From an uncultured Collinsella sp. (GTDB lineage Bacteria; Actinomycetota; Coriobacteriia; Coriobacteriales; Coriobacteriaceae), in contig CAJLTA010000004.1 in assembly GCA_905209455.1 (NCBI GenBank), positions 33,006 through 97,005 on the forward strand: 64,000 bases of DNA, written 5' to 3'. The notes under the pieces are model-generated. The model was not told where the DNA came from, searched no databases, and worked only from the letters and a program-made list of their open reading frames with translations. How positions within the stretch are numbered: position 1 is the first letter of the stretch; every line of letters begins with the position of its first letter. The translations under genes were made by a program, and so were the position numbers. Of the stretch, positions 10,872 to 20,643 are shown one piece after another.

Positions 10872-12488
10872 ATGACCGCAAAAAAGAAGTTCAATTTCAA
10901 AGCGCCGTTGGAGGTGTTCGCGAAGTCGATCGTCCAGCCGATGATGTATCTCTCGGTTGCCGGCATCCTGCTCATTGTGGGCATCATTCTGACCAACAAG
11001 ACCATTTGCGCTTTGGTCCCCGTACTGGGCTCCGGTCCGTTCCAGCTTGTGGGCGCCGTTGTCTACCAGTCGCTGATGTTTATCATCAACAACCTCTCGA
11101 TTCTGTTCTGCGTGGGCATCGCCGGCGCCATGGCAAAGAAGAACAAGGGCCATGCTTCGCTGATCGCCCTGATGTCGTTCTTCCTGTTCCTGCAGGCTAA
11201 CAACATCGTGCTCAACGCCACCGGCTCTCTTGCCGATGCGAGCGGCATGCTCGGCCTTACCGGAACCGGCCAGGCCACCGTTATGGGCATCCAGGTGCTC
11301 GATACCGGCGTGTTCGGCGGCATCATTCTCGGTTGCATCACCGGCGCCGTGTTCAACAAGTACTCGAACAAGCAGTTCCCCATTGCCCTTTCGATGTTCT
11401 CGGGCGTTCGCTTCCCGTTCCTGATCATGATCATCATTTCCTGGATCATGGGCGCTGGCTTCTGCATCGTTTGGCCTCCGGTTCAGGGTGCCATCTCCTC
11501 CGTTGCCGGCATCATTAAGGAGTCGGGCAACATCGGCCTGTTTATCTACGGCATGCTCAACAAGCTGCTCGTTCCCACCGGTCTGCACCACCTCATCTAC
11601 ACCCCGTTCCAGTTCTCCGATGTGGGTGGCACCCTTACGCTGGGTGGTCAGGTTATCGCCGGCGCCTATCCCATCCGTGTTGCCGAGATGGCAATGACGG
11701 GTCAGCCCTTCTCCGATAGCACCTACTTCAACAGCTACACCTTCAACAATCTGTGGCCCTACATCGGCATCGGCCTCGCCTTTATCGTCACCGCCTACAA
11801 GGGGAACAAGGATAAGACCAAGGCCGTTATCATCCCGCTGATCATCACCGCCGTGCTCTCCTGCGTGACCGAGCCCATGGACTTCCTCTTTGTCTTTGCC
11901 GCTCCCGTGCTCTTTGTCGTTCACTCGGTTCTTTCCGGCATCTTCCTGGTCCTGCTCAAGGTCCTCTCCGTGCCCGCTTCGACTGCAGGCGGCATCATCA
12001 ACATCGTGGTCTCCAACCTGGTCCTGGGCGTCGATAAGACCAACTGGCCGGTTATGCTGGTGCTTGGAGTCGTCAACGCCGCGCTGTACTTCTTCCTCTT
12101 CACCTTCCTTATCAAGAAGCTCAACCTCCACACGCCTGGCCGCGAGGAGGAGTCCGAGCTCGCCGAGTCCGTTGCCGAGGGCGAGGCCGCCGCGTCTGTC
12201 GCAGTGAAGCAGGGCGCCGTTGCCGCGGCTCCCGCAGAGGGCGTCGATGCAGGTATTGCCGACCTGGTCGCAGGTCTTGGCGGCAAGGACAACATCGAGG
12301 AGCTCGAGAACTGCTTTACGCGTCTCCGCGTGAACGTTAAGAACCCGGACCTCATCAATGAGGACCTCATCAACCACGTGCCCAACAGCGGCATCAACCG
12401 CAACGGCAATAATATCCAGATCATCTTTGGCATGAAGGTCGCCGAGATGCGCGACAAGGTCGAAAACGCAATTGAGAAGGAGCAGTAA
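10872..12488 (+). CDS. PTS glucose/alpha-glucoside-family EIICB component.
   Basis: Polytopic EIIC domain, then a C-terminal EIIB domain with the NCFTRLRVNV active-site Cys motif. ATG at 10872 with SD aaggaagggga. The track ORF starts at the TTG at 10845. Confidence 0.85.
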   Translation: MTAKKKFNFKAPLEVFAKSIVQPMMYLSVAGILLIVGIILTNKTICALVPVLGSGPFQLVGAVVYQSLMFIINNLSILFCVGIAGAMAKKNKGHASLIALMSFFLFLQANNIVLNATGSLADASGMLGLTGTGQATVMGIQVLDTGVFGGIILGCITGAVFNKYSNKQFPIALSMFSGVRFPFLIMIIISWIMGAGFCIVWPPVQGAISSVAGIIKESGNIGLFIYGMLNKLLVPTGLHHLIYTPFQFSDVGGTLTLGGQVIAGAYPIRVAEMAMTGQPFSDSTYFNSYTFNNLWPYIGIGLAFIVTAYKGNKDKTKAVIIPLIITAVLSCVTEPMDFLFVFAAPVLFVVHSVLSGIFLVLLKVLSVPASTAGGIINIVVSNLVLGVDKTNWPVMLVLGVVNAALYFFLFTFLIKKLNLHTPGREEESELAESVAEGEAAASVAVKQGAVAAAPAEGVDAGIADLVAGLGGKDNIEELENCFTRLRVNVKNPDLINEDLINHVPNSGINRNGNNIQIIFGMKVAEMRDKVENAIEKEQ

Positions 12489-12491
12489 ACA

Positions 12492-13874
12492 ATGATCATT
12501 ACTCTGTGTGGTGGCGGATCCACCTTTACCCCCGGCATCGTCAAGTCCATCGCCCTGCGCAAGGACGAGCTCGACGTTGACGAGATTCGTCTGTACGACA
12601 TCAACGAGGAGCGCCAGCGCAAGGTCGGCGTGCTCGTGGACTGGATTTTGCACGAGGACCTCGGCCTGGACATCAAGCTCACGGTGACCACCGACAAAAA
12701 GACGGCTTTTACCGACGCGAGCTTCGTGTTTGCCCAGATGCGCGTGGGCGGCTACGCCATGCGCGAGCAGGACGAGAAGATTCCGCTGCGTCACGGCTGC
12801 GTGGGCCAGGAGACTTGCGGTTGCGGCGGCCTTGCCTACGGCATGCGCACCATCTTCCCCATGGTCGAGCTGATCGATGACGTTGAGAAGTACGCCAAGA
12901 AGGATTACTGGATTCTCAACTACTCCAACCCTGCTGCCATCGTCTCCGAGGGCTGCCGTGTGCTGCGTCCCAACGCTCGCATCATCAACATCTGCGACAT
13001 GCCGATCGCGATCATCGACGTGGTTTGCGCCGCGCTCGATATCGACAAGAAGGATGTCGAGTACGATTACTTTGGCCTCAACCACTTTGGTTGGTTCACC
13101 TCGATCCGCCACAAGGGCGAGGAGGTGCTCCCGCAGCTGCGCGAGTACATCAAGGAGCACCAGATCCTGCTGCCCGACTCCTACCTCAAGGGCATGGGCT
13201 CGCTCATGGCAAAGAAGCCCGAGGAGGCCACCGACGAGCATCCCGAGCAGAATCGCCACACCAAGGGCAGCTGGTACTACGTCTGGAAGGGCGAGTACGA
13301 GATCATGGAGTGCTTCCCGGAGTACCTGCCCAACACGTATCTGAACTACTATCTGCAGCAGAAGGAGTTCGTCGAGCATTCCAACCCCGAGCGCACCCGT
13401 GCTAACGAGGTTGAGGAGACGCGTGAGAAGAACCTCTTCGACGGCATCGACCACTACGAGAAGACGGGCGAGATCGACGAGAGCACGTTCTATGCGGGCA
13501 GCCACGGCGACTGGATTGCCGACCTGGCTATCGCTCTGAAGAACGACACCAAGCAGCGCTTCCTGGTCATTTGCGAGAACAAGGGCGCTATCCCCAACAT
13601 GCCCTACGACGCCATGGTCGAGCTGCCTGCCTACATTGGCAAGAACGGCCCCGAGGTCATCAGCCGCGACAACATTCCTCTGTTCCAGCAGGGCCTCATG
13701 ATGCAGCAGCTGAACTCCGAGAAGCTCGTGGTCGAGGCTACGATCGAGGGTTCGTACGAGAAGGCGCTCAAGGCCTTTACGCTGAACAAGACCGTGCCGT
13801 CGATGAAGGTCGCCAAGGAGGTTCTCGACGACATGATCGAGGCCAACAAGGGTTACTGGCCCGAGCTTAAGTAA
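12492..13874 (+). CDS. Glycoside hydrolase family 4 enzyme, likely a 6-phospho-alpha-glucosidase (GlvA/MalH-like).
   Basis: MIITLCGGGSTFTPGIV NAD-binding N-terminus typical of GH4. Conserved CDMP motif. Context with a Glc-family EIICB. Confidence 0.8.
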   Translation: MIITLCGGGSTFTPGIVKSIALRKDELDVDEIRLYDINEERQRKVGVLVDWILHEDLGLDIKLTVTTDKKTAFTDASFVFAQMRVGGYAMREQDEKIPLRHGCVGQETCGCGGLAYGMRTIFPMVELIDDVEKYAKKDYWILNYSNPAAIVSEGCRVLRPNARIINICDMPIAIIDVVCAALDIDKKDVEYDYFGLNHFGWFTSIRHKGEEVLPQLREYIKEHQILLPDSYLKGMGSLMAKKPEEATDEHPEQNRHTKGSWYYVWKGEYEIMECFPEYLPNTYLNYYLQQKEFVEHSNPERTRANEVEETREKNLFDGIDHYEKTGEIDESTFYAGSHGDWIADLAIALKNDTKQRFLVICENKGAIPNMPYDAMVELPAYIGKNGPEVISRDNIPLFQQGLMMQQLNSEKLVVEATIEGSYEKALKAFTLNKTVPSMKVAKEVLDDMIEANKGYWPELK

Positions 13875-13907
13875 AAGCAACAGGGTCGCTGGCCGCATAC
13901 CTGGAGC

Positions 13908-13952
13908 AATGCCCCGTCCACGTGATTGCGTGGGCGGGGCATTGTCATTTGG
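13908..13952 (+). terminator. Rho-independent terminator of the PTS operon.
   Basis: aatgccccgtccacg-tgattg-cgtgggcggggcatt, then a T-rich tail. Confidence 0.6.
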
Positions 13953-14130
13953 TAACGCGTTTTATCAAATATGGCATTTATCTGCGGTAATGTTCTATTT
14001 CACCGCCGAGGGTGACATTTCATACCGCCTGCCGAACTGCGTGGAGACCTAACAACTTTTTAGGTCAGTGTTGTGCGTGTAGCAACTTCGCCCGGCCTCG
14101 CCTCCGGGCTGCCGCATGAGAGGGGATCTT

Positions 14131-15963
14131 ATGGCACGACTGCACGTAATGGAACGCAGCCACGCTCAGGCCGTCATGGACGACCTACATGATGCGCTTG
14201 GGCGCCGTCTGGCGGTGAGTTCGCTCGCCCCGTGCCCCGTTGAGTTTACGGCGGCGCTCGTCAACCTGTGCTCCACCCAGAGCTGCGGCAAGTGCACGCC
14301 CTGCCGTGTGGGCCTGAGCGCGCTGAGCGATCTGCTCGCCGATGTGCTCGAGGGCCGCGCCGACGAGTCCACGCTCAATTTGATTGAGCGCACGGCCCGC
14401 ACCATCTACCTTTCGAGTGACTGCGCTATCGGCTACGAGGCCGGCGCCATGGCACTCACGGCCATTCGCGGCTTCCGCGACGATTTTGAGCACCATATCC
14501 GCGAGCACTCCTGTGGCTTTGACCGCGAGGCCCGCGTCCCGTGCGTCTCGGGCTGCCCGGCGCACGTCGACATTCCCGGTTACATTTCGCTGGTCGAGGC
14601 TGGCCGCTATGCCGATGCCGTCAAGGTCATCCGCAAGAACAACCCGCTGCCGCTCGTTTGCGGCCTGGTGTGCGAGCATCCCTGCGAGATGCACTGCCGT
14701 CGCGGCATGGTCGACGATCCCATGAACATCCTCGCCCTTAAGCGTTTTGCCGTTGAGCACAGTGACCTCAACGACCACAAGCCGCATGTAGTGGACAACA
14801 CCGGGAAGCGCGTCGCCGTGATCGGCGGCGGCCCGGCCGGTCTTTCCTGCGCCTACTACCTGGCCGTGATGGGCCACAAGGTGAGCATCTTTGAACAGCG
14901 CCACCACCTGGGCGGCATGCTGCGCTACGGCATCCCCAGCTATCGTCTGCCGCGCGAGCGCCTGCAGGCCGAGATCGATTGGGTCTTGAGCGCCGGTATC
15001 GACGTGGAGCTCGACCACTCCGTGAACGGCGAGGAGCTCGCCCGCCTGCGCGACGAGTTCGATGCCGTCTACCTGGCCCTTGGCGCCCACAGCGATAAGA
15101 AGCTCGGCCTTCCGGGCGAAGAGGCGCCCGGCGTGGAATCGGCCGTCAAGATGCTGCGCGCCATCGGCGACGACGAGCTGCCCGACCTGAGCGGTCAGCG
15201 TGTGTGCGTCATCGGCGGCGGCAACGTGGCCATGGACGTGGCGCGTTCTGCCGTGCGCTGCGGTGCCGAAAAGGTGAGCATCGTCTACCGCCGCCGCATC
15301 TGCGACATGACGGCCCAGGATGCCGAGATCGCCGGCGCCCAGGCCGAGGGCTGCGAGGTTTTGGAGCTCACCGCACCGCTCGCTATCGAGACGGGTGAGG
15401 AAGGTCGCGTGAGTGGCCTGCGCGTGCAGCCGCAGATTATCGGCGAGCCCCGTCGTGGGCGTCCGGCCCCGCGTGCCGCCGCCACGCCCGAGCGCGTCAT
15501 TCCCTGCGAGCGCGTGTTTGTGGCCATTGGTCAGGACATCGACTCCAAGCCGTTTGAGGACATGGGCATCGCCTGTAAGTGGGGCTGCGTGGTCACCGAT
15601 TCGGATGGCGCCGTGCCTAACTTTGATGGCCTCTTTAGCGGCGGCGACTGCCAGACCGGTCCCGCCACCGTCATCCGGGCCATCAACGCCGGCCGCGTTG
15701 CTTCGGCAAATATCGATCGCTATCTGGGCTTTGACCACAAGATCAAGCTCGACGTTGAGCTGCCGACCGTGCAGTTTAAGGGCAAGCACGAGTGCGGCCG
15801 CTGCGAGCTGGGCGAGCGCGAGGCCGGCGAGCGCATCCACGATTGGAATCTGGTCGAGCAGGGCCTTACCGAGCAGGAGGCACGCCAGGAGGCAAGCCGC
15901 TGCCTGCGTTGCGACCACTTTGGCTTTGGCGCGTTCCGCGGAGGGAGGAACCTGGAATGGTAG
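14131..15963 (+). CDS. Fusion flavoprotein. NuoF-like (SLBB plus 4Fe-4S) N-terminal domain joined to a GltD-like NAD(P)H oxidoreductase. Partner of the [FeFe]-hydrogenase.
   Basis: CGKCTPCRVG NuoF cluster motif. Two dinucleotide-binding motifs, VAVIGGGPAGLSCAYYL and VCVIGGGNVAMDVA. C-terminal Cys cluster. Start ATG at 14131, after SD gagagggg. Confidence 0.8.
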   Translation: MARLHVMERSHAQAVMDDLHDALGRRLAVSSLAPCPVEFTAALVNLCSTQSCGKCTPCRVGLSALSDLLADVLEGRADESTLNLIERTARTIYLSSDCAIGYEAGAMALTAIRGFRDDFEHHIREHSCGFDREARVPCVSGCPAHVDIPGYISLVEAGRYADAVKVIRKNNPLPLVCGLVCEHPCEMHCRRGMVDDPMNILALKRFAVEHSDLNDHKPHVVDNTGKRVAVIGGGPAGLSCAYYLAVMGHKVSIFEQRHHLGGMLRYGIPSYRLPRERLQAEIDWVLSAGIDVELDHSVNGEELARLRDEFDAVYLALGAHSDKKLGLPGEEAPGVESAVKMLRAIGDDELPDLSGQRVCVIGGGNVAMDVARSAVRCGAEKVSIVYRRRICDMTAQDAEIAGAQAEGCEVLELTAPLAIETGEEGRVSGLRVQPQIIGEPRRGRPAPRAAATPERVIPCERVFVAIGQDIDSKPFEDMGIACKWGCVVTDSDGAVPNFDGLFSGGDCQTGPATVIRAINAGRVASANIDRYLGFDHKIKLDVELPTVQFKGKHECGRCELGEREAGERIHDWNLVEQGLTEQEARQEASRCLRCDHFGFGAFRGGRNLEW

Positions 15964-17768
15964 AGTCCAGCAAAACCACTATCAGCGACAACACCGAAAG
16001 CGGAGCACTCAACATGGTCAAGCTCACTATCGATAATTGCGAGGTCGTGGTGCCCGAGCACACCACGATTCTGGATGCGGCCAAGTCCGTCGGCATCCAG
16101 ATTCCCACCCTGTGCTACCTGCGCGATCTAAACGAGATCGGCGGTTGCCGCGTGTGCGTGGTCGAGGTTGAGGGCTGCGACCAGCTGGTTGCCGCCTGCA
16201 ACAACTACGTGCTCGACGGCATGGTGGTCCACACCAACAGCCCCAAGGCCCGCGAGGCGCGTCGCACCAACGTGCAGCTGCTGCTGTCCCAGCACGACTC
16301 GCGCTGTACGAGCTGCGTGCGCAGTGGTAACTGCAACCTGCAGGCCATCGCCAACGACCTGGGCATCTTCTATCTGCCGTACGAGCAGCACCTGGCGCGC
16401 GAGGGCTGGGACTTCGATTTCCCCATCATCCGCGATAACGACAAGTGCATTAAATGCATGCGCTGCATCAAGGTGTGCGAGAGCGTGCAGGGCCTAGGGA
16501 TTTGGGACCTGACCAACCGCGCCACGCATACCGCCGTGGGTACCCGCGGGCGCGCGCCGATCGGCAAGACCGATTGCGTCGCGTGTGGTCAGTGCATCAC
16601 GCATTGTCCGACGGGCGCCCTGCGCGAGCGTGACGATACCGAGACCGTGTTCGACGCCATCGCCGATCCCGACAAGATCGTGCTGGTGCAGATTGCGCCG
16701 GCCGTGCGTAGCGCCTGGGGAGAGGAACTCGGCATATCTCGCGAGGAGGCCACCGTTGAGCGCTTGGCCTGTGCGCTGCGCCGCGTTGGCTTTGAGTACG
16801 TGTTCGATACCGATTTCTCGGCCGACCTCACCATCATGGAGGAGGGCTCCGAGCTGCTCGAGCGCCTGGGCGCCGTCGCCAAGGGCGAGGGTGACAGTCG
16901 CGGCTGGCCCATGTTTACGAGCTGCTGCCCGGGCTGGGTGCGCTTTGTGAAGGCGCGTTACCCCGAGTTTGTCGACAGCCTGTCTACGTCAAAGTCGCCG
17001 CAGCAGATGTTTGGCGCCATCGCCAAGACCTACTACGCCAAGGTGCTGGGCGTGGAGCCCGAGCGTCTGTTTGTGGTGTCCGTGATGCCGTGCACGGCCA
17101 AGAAGGCCGAGTGCGCGCTGCCGAGCATGGTGGGCGAGGACGGTACGCCCGACGTTGACGTTGCGCTGACGGTGCGCGAGATGGTACGCATGATCCGCGC
17201 GAACCACGTGAGCGTGGACACGTTGGTCGAGGAGCCGCTCGACACGCCGCTGGGCTTTGGCACGGGCGCAGGTGTGATCTTTGGCGCCACGGGCGGCGTG
17301 ATGGAGGCCGCCGTGCGCTCGGCCTATTACCTGGTGACGGGCAAGAACCCCGACGCCGACTTCTTTACCGATGTGCGCGGACTTGACGGCTGGAAGGAGG
17401 CCGTGGCCGAAATCGATGGCACCAAGGTGCGCGTCGCCGTGGCACACGGGCTGGGCAACGCCGCCCGTCTGCTCGACGCGATTCGTGACGGCCGCGTGAG
17501 CTATGACTTCGTTGAGGTCATGGCATGCCCGGGCGGCTGTGTCGGTGGCGGCGGTCAGCCCATCCACGACGGCTGCGAGCTGGCAGCCGAGCGTGGTCAG
17601 GTGCTGTGGGGCCTGGATGCCGCTGCGGACATTCGCTTCTCGCACGAGAACCCCGATGTCCAGGCGTGCTACCGCGAGTTCTTGGGCGAGCCGCTCTCGC
17701 CGCTGGCCGAGGAGCTGCTGCATACCGACCATCACGCATGGACGATGCCTAACGAGGGGACGTGCTAG
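15957..17768 (+). CDS. hydA: [FeFe]-hydrogenase catalytic subunit HydA, M3 architecture.
   Basis: N-terminal 2Fe-2S and 4Fe-4S domains. H-cluster motifs TSCCPGW, MPCTAKK and ACPGGCVGGGGQP. The start ATG overlaps the upstream stop (ATGGTAG). Confidence 0.9.
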   Translation: MVESSKTTISDNTESGALNMVKLTIDNCEVVVPEHTTILDAAKSVGIQIPTLCYLRDLNEIGGCRVCVVEVEGCDQLVAACNNYVLDGMVVHTNSPKAREARRTNVQLLLSQHDSRCTSCVRSGNCNLQAIANDLGIFYLPYEQHLAREGWDFDFPIIRDNDKCIKCMRCIKVCESVQGLGIWDLTNRATHTAVGTRGRAPIGKTDCVACGQCITHCPTGALRERDDTETVFDAIADPDKIVLVQIAPAVRSAWGEELGISREEATVERLACALRRVGFEYVFDTDFSADLTIMEEGSELLERLGAVAKGEGDSRGWPMFTSCCPGWVRFVKARYPEFVDSLSTSKSPQQMFGAIAKTYYAKVLGVEPERLFVVSVMPCTAKKAECALPSMVGEDGTPDVDVALTVREMVRMIRANHVSVDTLVEEPLDTPLGFGTGAGVIFGATGGVMEAAVRSAYYLVTGKNPDADFFTDVRGLDGWKEAVAEIDGTKVRVAVAHGLGNAARLLDAIRDGRVSYDFVEVMACPGGCVGGGGQPIHDGCELAAERGQVLWGLDAAADIRFSHENPDVQACYREFLGEPLSPLAEELLHTDHHAWTMPNEGTC

Positions 17769-17770
17769 CG

Positions 17771-18826
17771 ATGCGCTCGTTTGATGTTGAGATGTCGCGC
17801 CGGGGGTTTGCCTCGGCGCTCGCCGCGGGCGCGCTGTCGCTTGCACTCGCGGGCTGTGGCGGCGGGGCTGCCGGTGCCGGGTCCGCCGCGGGCTCGGCTG
17901 CCACGGACGGCGCCGGTGCTGCTGCAGAGCCGGTCGAGGTGCACGTCGCCTCGCTCAAGGGGCCGACCTCGATTGGCCTGGTGCAGTTTATGGACCGGGC
18001 AGCCGATGGCGAGACGGACAATGAGTTCGACTTTGCGATCAATACTGCCGCCGATGAGATTGTGCCCAAGGTCATTCAGGGCGATATCGACATTGCCCTG
18101 GTGCCCGCCAACGTGGCGAGTGTGCTCTACAACAAGACCGAGGGCGCGGTGCAGGTCATCGACATCAACACGCTGGGCGTGCTGAACGTTGTGACGGGCG
18201 ACGCGAGTGTGGCCTCGTTTGGCGATCTGGCGGGCCATACCGTCTATATGACGGGCAAGGGCACCACGCCGGAGTACGTCATGAACTACCTGCTGGAGCG
18301 CGCAGGCCTGACCGGCCAGGTGACGCTCGAGTTTAAGAGCGAGCCCACCGAGGTGCTGTCGGCCCTGCTTGCCGACCCGTCCGCCGTGGGCGTGCTGCCG
18401 GAGCCGTTCAAGACCGCTGCCATCGCCAAGAGCGAAGGCAGGCTGTCGGCTCCGGTAAGCCTGACCGATGTGTGGGACGAGTTGGCAGGTGACACGGGTT
18501 CGCGCCTGCTGACGGGCGTGACCGTGGTGCGCCGCGCGTTTGCCGAGGAACATCCCGAGGCTGTGGCGGAGTTCTTGAGCTGCCATGCGGCGAGCGTTAA
18601 GGCTGTCAATGCGGCGCCGGCAGACTGGGCGCAGGCCGTGGTCGATGCCGGCATCGTGGACAACGCCAAGATCGCCGAGAAGGCGATTCCCGGGTGCATG
18701 CTCGTGTGCCAGACGGGCAAGGATATGAAGGCGGCACTTAGCGGGTATCTGCAGGTGCTGTCCGACGCGGACGCGAGCGCCGTGGGTGGTAAACTTCCGG
18801 CTGACGATTTCTACTACATGGAGTAG
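17771..18826 (+). CDS. ABC transporter substrate-binding lipoprotein, NMT1/SsuA-like family.
   Basis: Lipobox LALAGC. RR in the signal sequence (MSRRGFASAL) suggests possible Tat export. Periplasmic binding fold typical of sulfonate/nitrate/taurine binders. Confidence 0.7.
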   Translation: MRSFDVEMSRRGFASALAAGALSLALAGCGGGAAGAGSAAGSAATDGAGAAAEPVEVHVASLKGPTSIGLVQFMDRAADGETDNEFDFAINTAADEIVPKVIQGDIDIALVPANVASVLYNKTEGAVQVIDINTLGVLNVVTGDASVASFGDLAGHTVYMTGKGTTPEYVMNYLLERAGLTGQVTLEFKSEPTEVLSALLADPSAVGVLPEPFKTAAIAKSEGRLSAPVSLTDVWDELAGDTGSRLLTGVTVVRRAFAEEHPEAVAEFLSCHAASVKAVNAAPADWAQAVVDAGIVDNAKIAEKAIPGCMLVCQTGKDMKAALSGYLQVLSDADASAVGGKLPADDFYYME

Positions 18827-18829
18827 CCC

Positions 18830-20206
18830 GTGCGTGCGTTTGCTCGACAAATGACAGAGCGTATGAAGGCGGTGGCGGCAGCAGGTGCCGTCGCCGCCTT
18901 TTGGCTTACCGTGTGGGTCTTCGCGGCGGTGCTGGTGGCGCAGCCACTGATCTTGCCGGGGCCGGGTGCTGTTGCCTTGGCGCTGCTGCGCCTGGTGTGC
19001 GATGGCGGTACCTGGGCGATTTTGGTGGGCTCGGGCGCGCGGATACTGGGCGGGCTGGCGCTTGCCGCGGTGTGTGGTGGCGTGCTTGCCGGGATTTCGT
19101 CACGGTTGCGGGCGTTTGCGCGCCTGGTGGCTCCGGCACTTTCGTTTGTTAAGGCGACGCCGGTTGCCTGCGTGGTGGTCCTGCTGCTTATTTGGTTGGG
19201 ATCGGCGCGCGTGAGCATCGCCGCGGTCTTTTTGATGGCGCTGCCGGGCGTGTATTTTTCGCTGGCCGAGGGCTTGGCACAGGTGAATAAACCGCTGGAG
19301 CAGATGTTCCGTCTGCATGGCGTGCGCGGCTGGCGCCTGTTTTGCGCCCATACCTGGCGCGAAGTCCTGCCGTTTGTGCTTTCGTGCGCCCGCGCCGTGA
19401 TCGGCATGAGCTGGAAGGCCGGTGTGGCAGCCGAGCTGATCGGCATGGCGGTGGGCACCGTGGGTGAGCGCATCTATCAGGCAAAGCTTTTGATTGAGAC
19501 GGCTGACCTGCTGGCGTGGACCGTGCTGGTCGTTGCCGCCTCGTGGGCATGTGAGCGCGTGCTGGTGTGGCTGCTGCGGGTTTCGGGACCCGTGGCGTGG
19601 CACGCGGCCGTGCGGGCGCATGGGCATGGACTGCGCGGGCGTGTGGGGGCTGCGAGCGATGGCGCTGCAGCGGAGCTTGCGCTTGCCGTGGGCGATCGCG
19701 CGCCCTGGGCGCCGGCGCTGGACGGTCTGGTGCTCAATGTGCCCGCGGGTGGGCGCATCTGTGTGATGGGTGCTTCGGGCATGGGCAAGTCGACGCTGCT
19801 TTCGTTGGCAGCGGGGGAGTGCTCGCCGTGCTCGATGGTGTTTCAGGATGCACGCTTGGCCGAGTCCGCCTCGGCGCTGGATAACGTGCTGGTGTGCGCC
19901 GATGCGCGTGTGGATGCTTCGAGCGCCGCGGCATTGCTGCGCCTACTGGTGCCGGGAATCGATGTGCATGCGCGCGTGGTCGAGCTTTCGGGCGGGCAGC
20001 GCCACCGTGTCGAGATTGCCCGCGCCCTGCTGTGCCCGGGCGGCGCGGTGATTCTTGACGAGCCCTTTACCGGTTTAGATACCGCTGCGCGCGACGCATG
20101 CGCCGAGGTCGTGCTCGACCTGCTCGACGGCCGCATGCTCCTGCTTGCCACACACGACGCCTCCGACGTTCAAGCCCTCGATATCTCGGACATCATCACG
20201 CTCTAA
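18830..20206 (+). CDS. ABC transporter permease (SsuC/TauC-like) fused to a short ATPase domain.
   Basis: Six to seven TM helices, then Walker A GASGMGKST, signature LSGGQRHRVEIARAL and Walker B ILDEPFTGLD. Confidence 0.75.
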   Translation: MRAFARQMTERMKAVAAAGAVAAFWLTVWVFAAVLVAQPLILPGPGAVALALLRLVCDGGTWAILVGSGARILGGLALAAVCGGVLAGISSRLRAFARLVAPALSFVKATPVACVVVLLLIWLGSARVSIAAVFLMALPGVYFSLAEGLAQVNKPLEQMFRLHGVRGWRLFCAHTWREVLPFVLSCARAVIGMSWKAGVAAELIGMAVGTVGERIYQAKLLIETADLLAWTVLVVAASWACERVLVWLLRVSGPVAWHAAVRAHGHGLRGRVGAASDGAAAELALAVGDRAPWAPALDGLVLNVPAGGRICVMGASGMGKSTLLSLAAGECSPCSMVFQDARLAESASALDNVLVCADARVDASSAAALLRLLVPGIDVHARVVELSGGQRHRVEIARALLCPGGAVILDEPFTGLDTAARDACAEVVLDLLDGRMLLLATHDASDVQALDISDIITL

Positions 20207-20420
20207 ATACTAACTCAGCAACAAAATGATTCGTTTTCCTCCGTCCCCATGGGGTCGGGTGTGGTATTCTATCTGCGGGGTAATACTTAGGAATACCAAG
20301 TAATACCAACGCCGCAGAAACAAACTCCGGATGCGGGCCAATCGGGTTGCCTTCACAGCCCGTCGCCCAGCCGCGTGGCCCGCATCTATCCGCACTACCG
20401 TCGTTTCAAAAAGGAAGCGC

Positions 20421-20643
20421 CATGGCAGAACACATGACCCCCGTAGTCGCGAAGGTCTTGCCCGAGGAGAAGGCAGCCTTCGCGGCGGCAACCCAGCTCG
20501 TGGGCACCACGCCGTCCAACGCCATCCGCATGTTTATCGCCGCGTTCAATCGCTGCGGCACCTTCCCGTTCGACATCTCGCCCAGCGGGGCCTTTGGCAA
20601 AGAGTGTCCCCAACAGCTAGTCGTTGAAGAACGTCCCCAATGA
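20421..20643 (+). CDS. RelB/DinJ-family antitoxin-like small DNA-binding protein, 74 aa.
   Basis: MAEHMTPVVAKVLPEEKAAFAAATQLVGTTPSNAIRMFIAAFNRCGTFPFDIS aligns with the E. coli DinJ pattern (ARIDEDLK...GLT.S...R..L..VA.E..LPF). SD aaaaaggaag. Stop and start overlap with the next gene (ATGA). Confidence 0.75.

Noticed and set aside
10812-13898. 1028-aa minus-strand ORF spanning the PTS EIICB and GH4 genes
   Set aside because: Antisense artefact. No motifs. Both sense genes are strongly supported.
14040-14075. Possible Rex operator (TGTTGTGCGTGTAGCAACT) upstream of the hydrogenase operon
   Set aside because: It only loosely matches the TTGTGAA-N4-TTCACAA consensus. The half-sites are not complementary enough to call.
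13875-14115. Scanned the larger intergenic regions for tRNA genes. The other regions scanned were 20207-20420, 33464-33786, 41046-41220 and 63197-63657.
   Set aside because: No cloverleaf-compatible sequences and no conserved T-loop (GGTTCGAATCC-like) motifs were found by eye. A tRNAscan run would be needed to be certain.
14185-15918. 577-aa minus-strand ORF inside the hydrogenase flavoprotein gene
   Set aside because: Antisense artefact of a high-GC gene.
17765-19473. Minus-strand ORFs of 361 and 219 aa overlapping the ABC transporter genes
   Set aside because: Arg/Ala/Pro-rich translations. Antisense artefacts.
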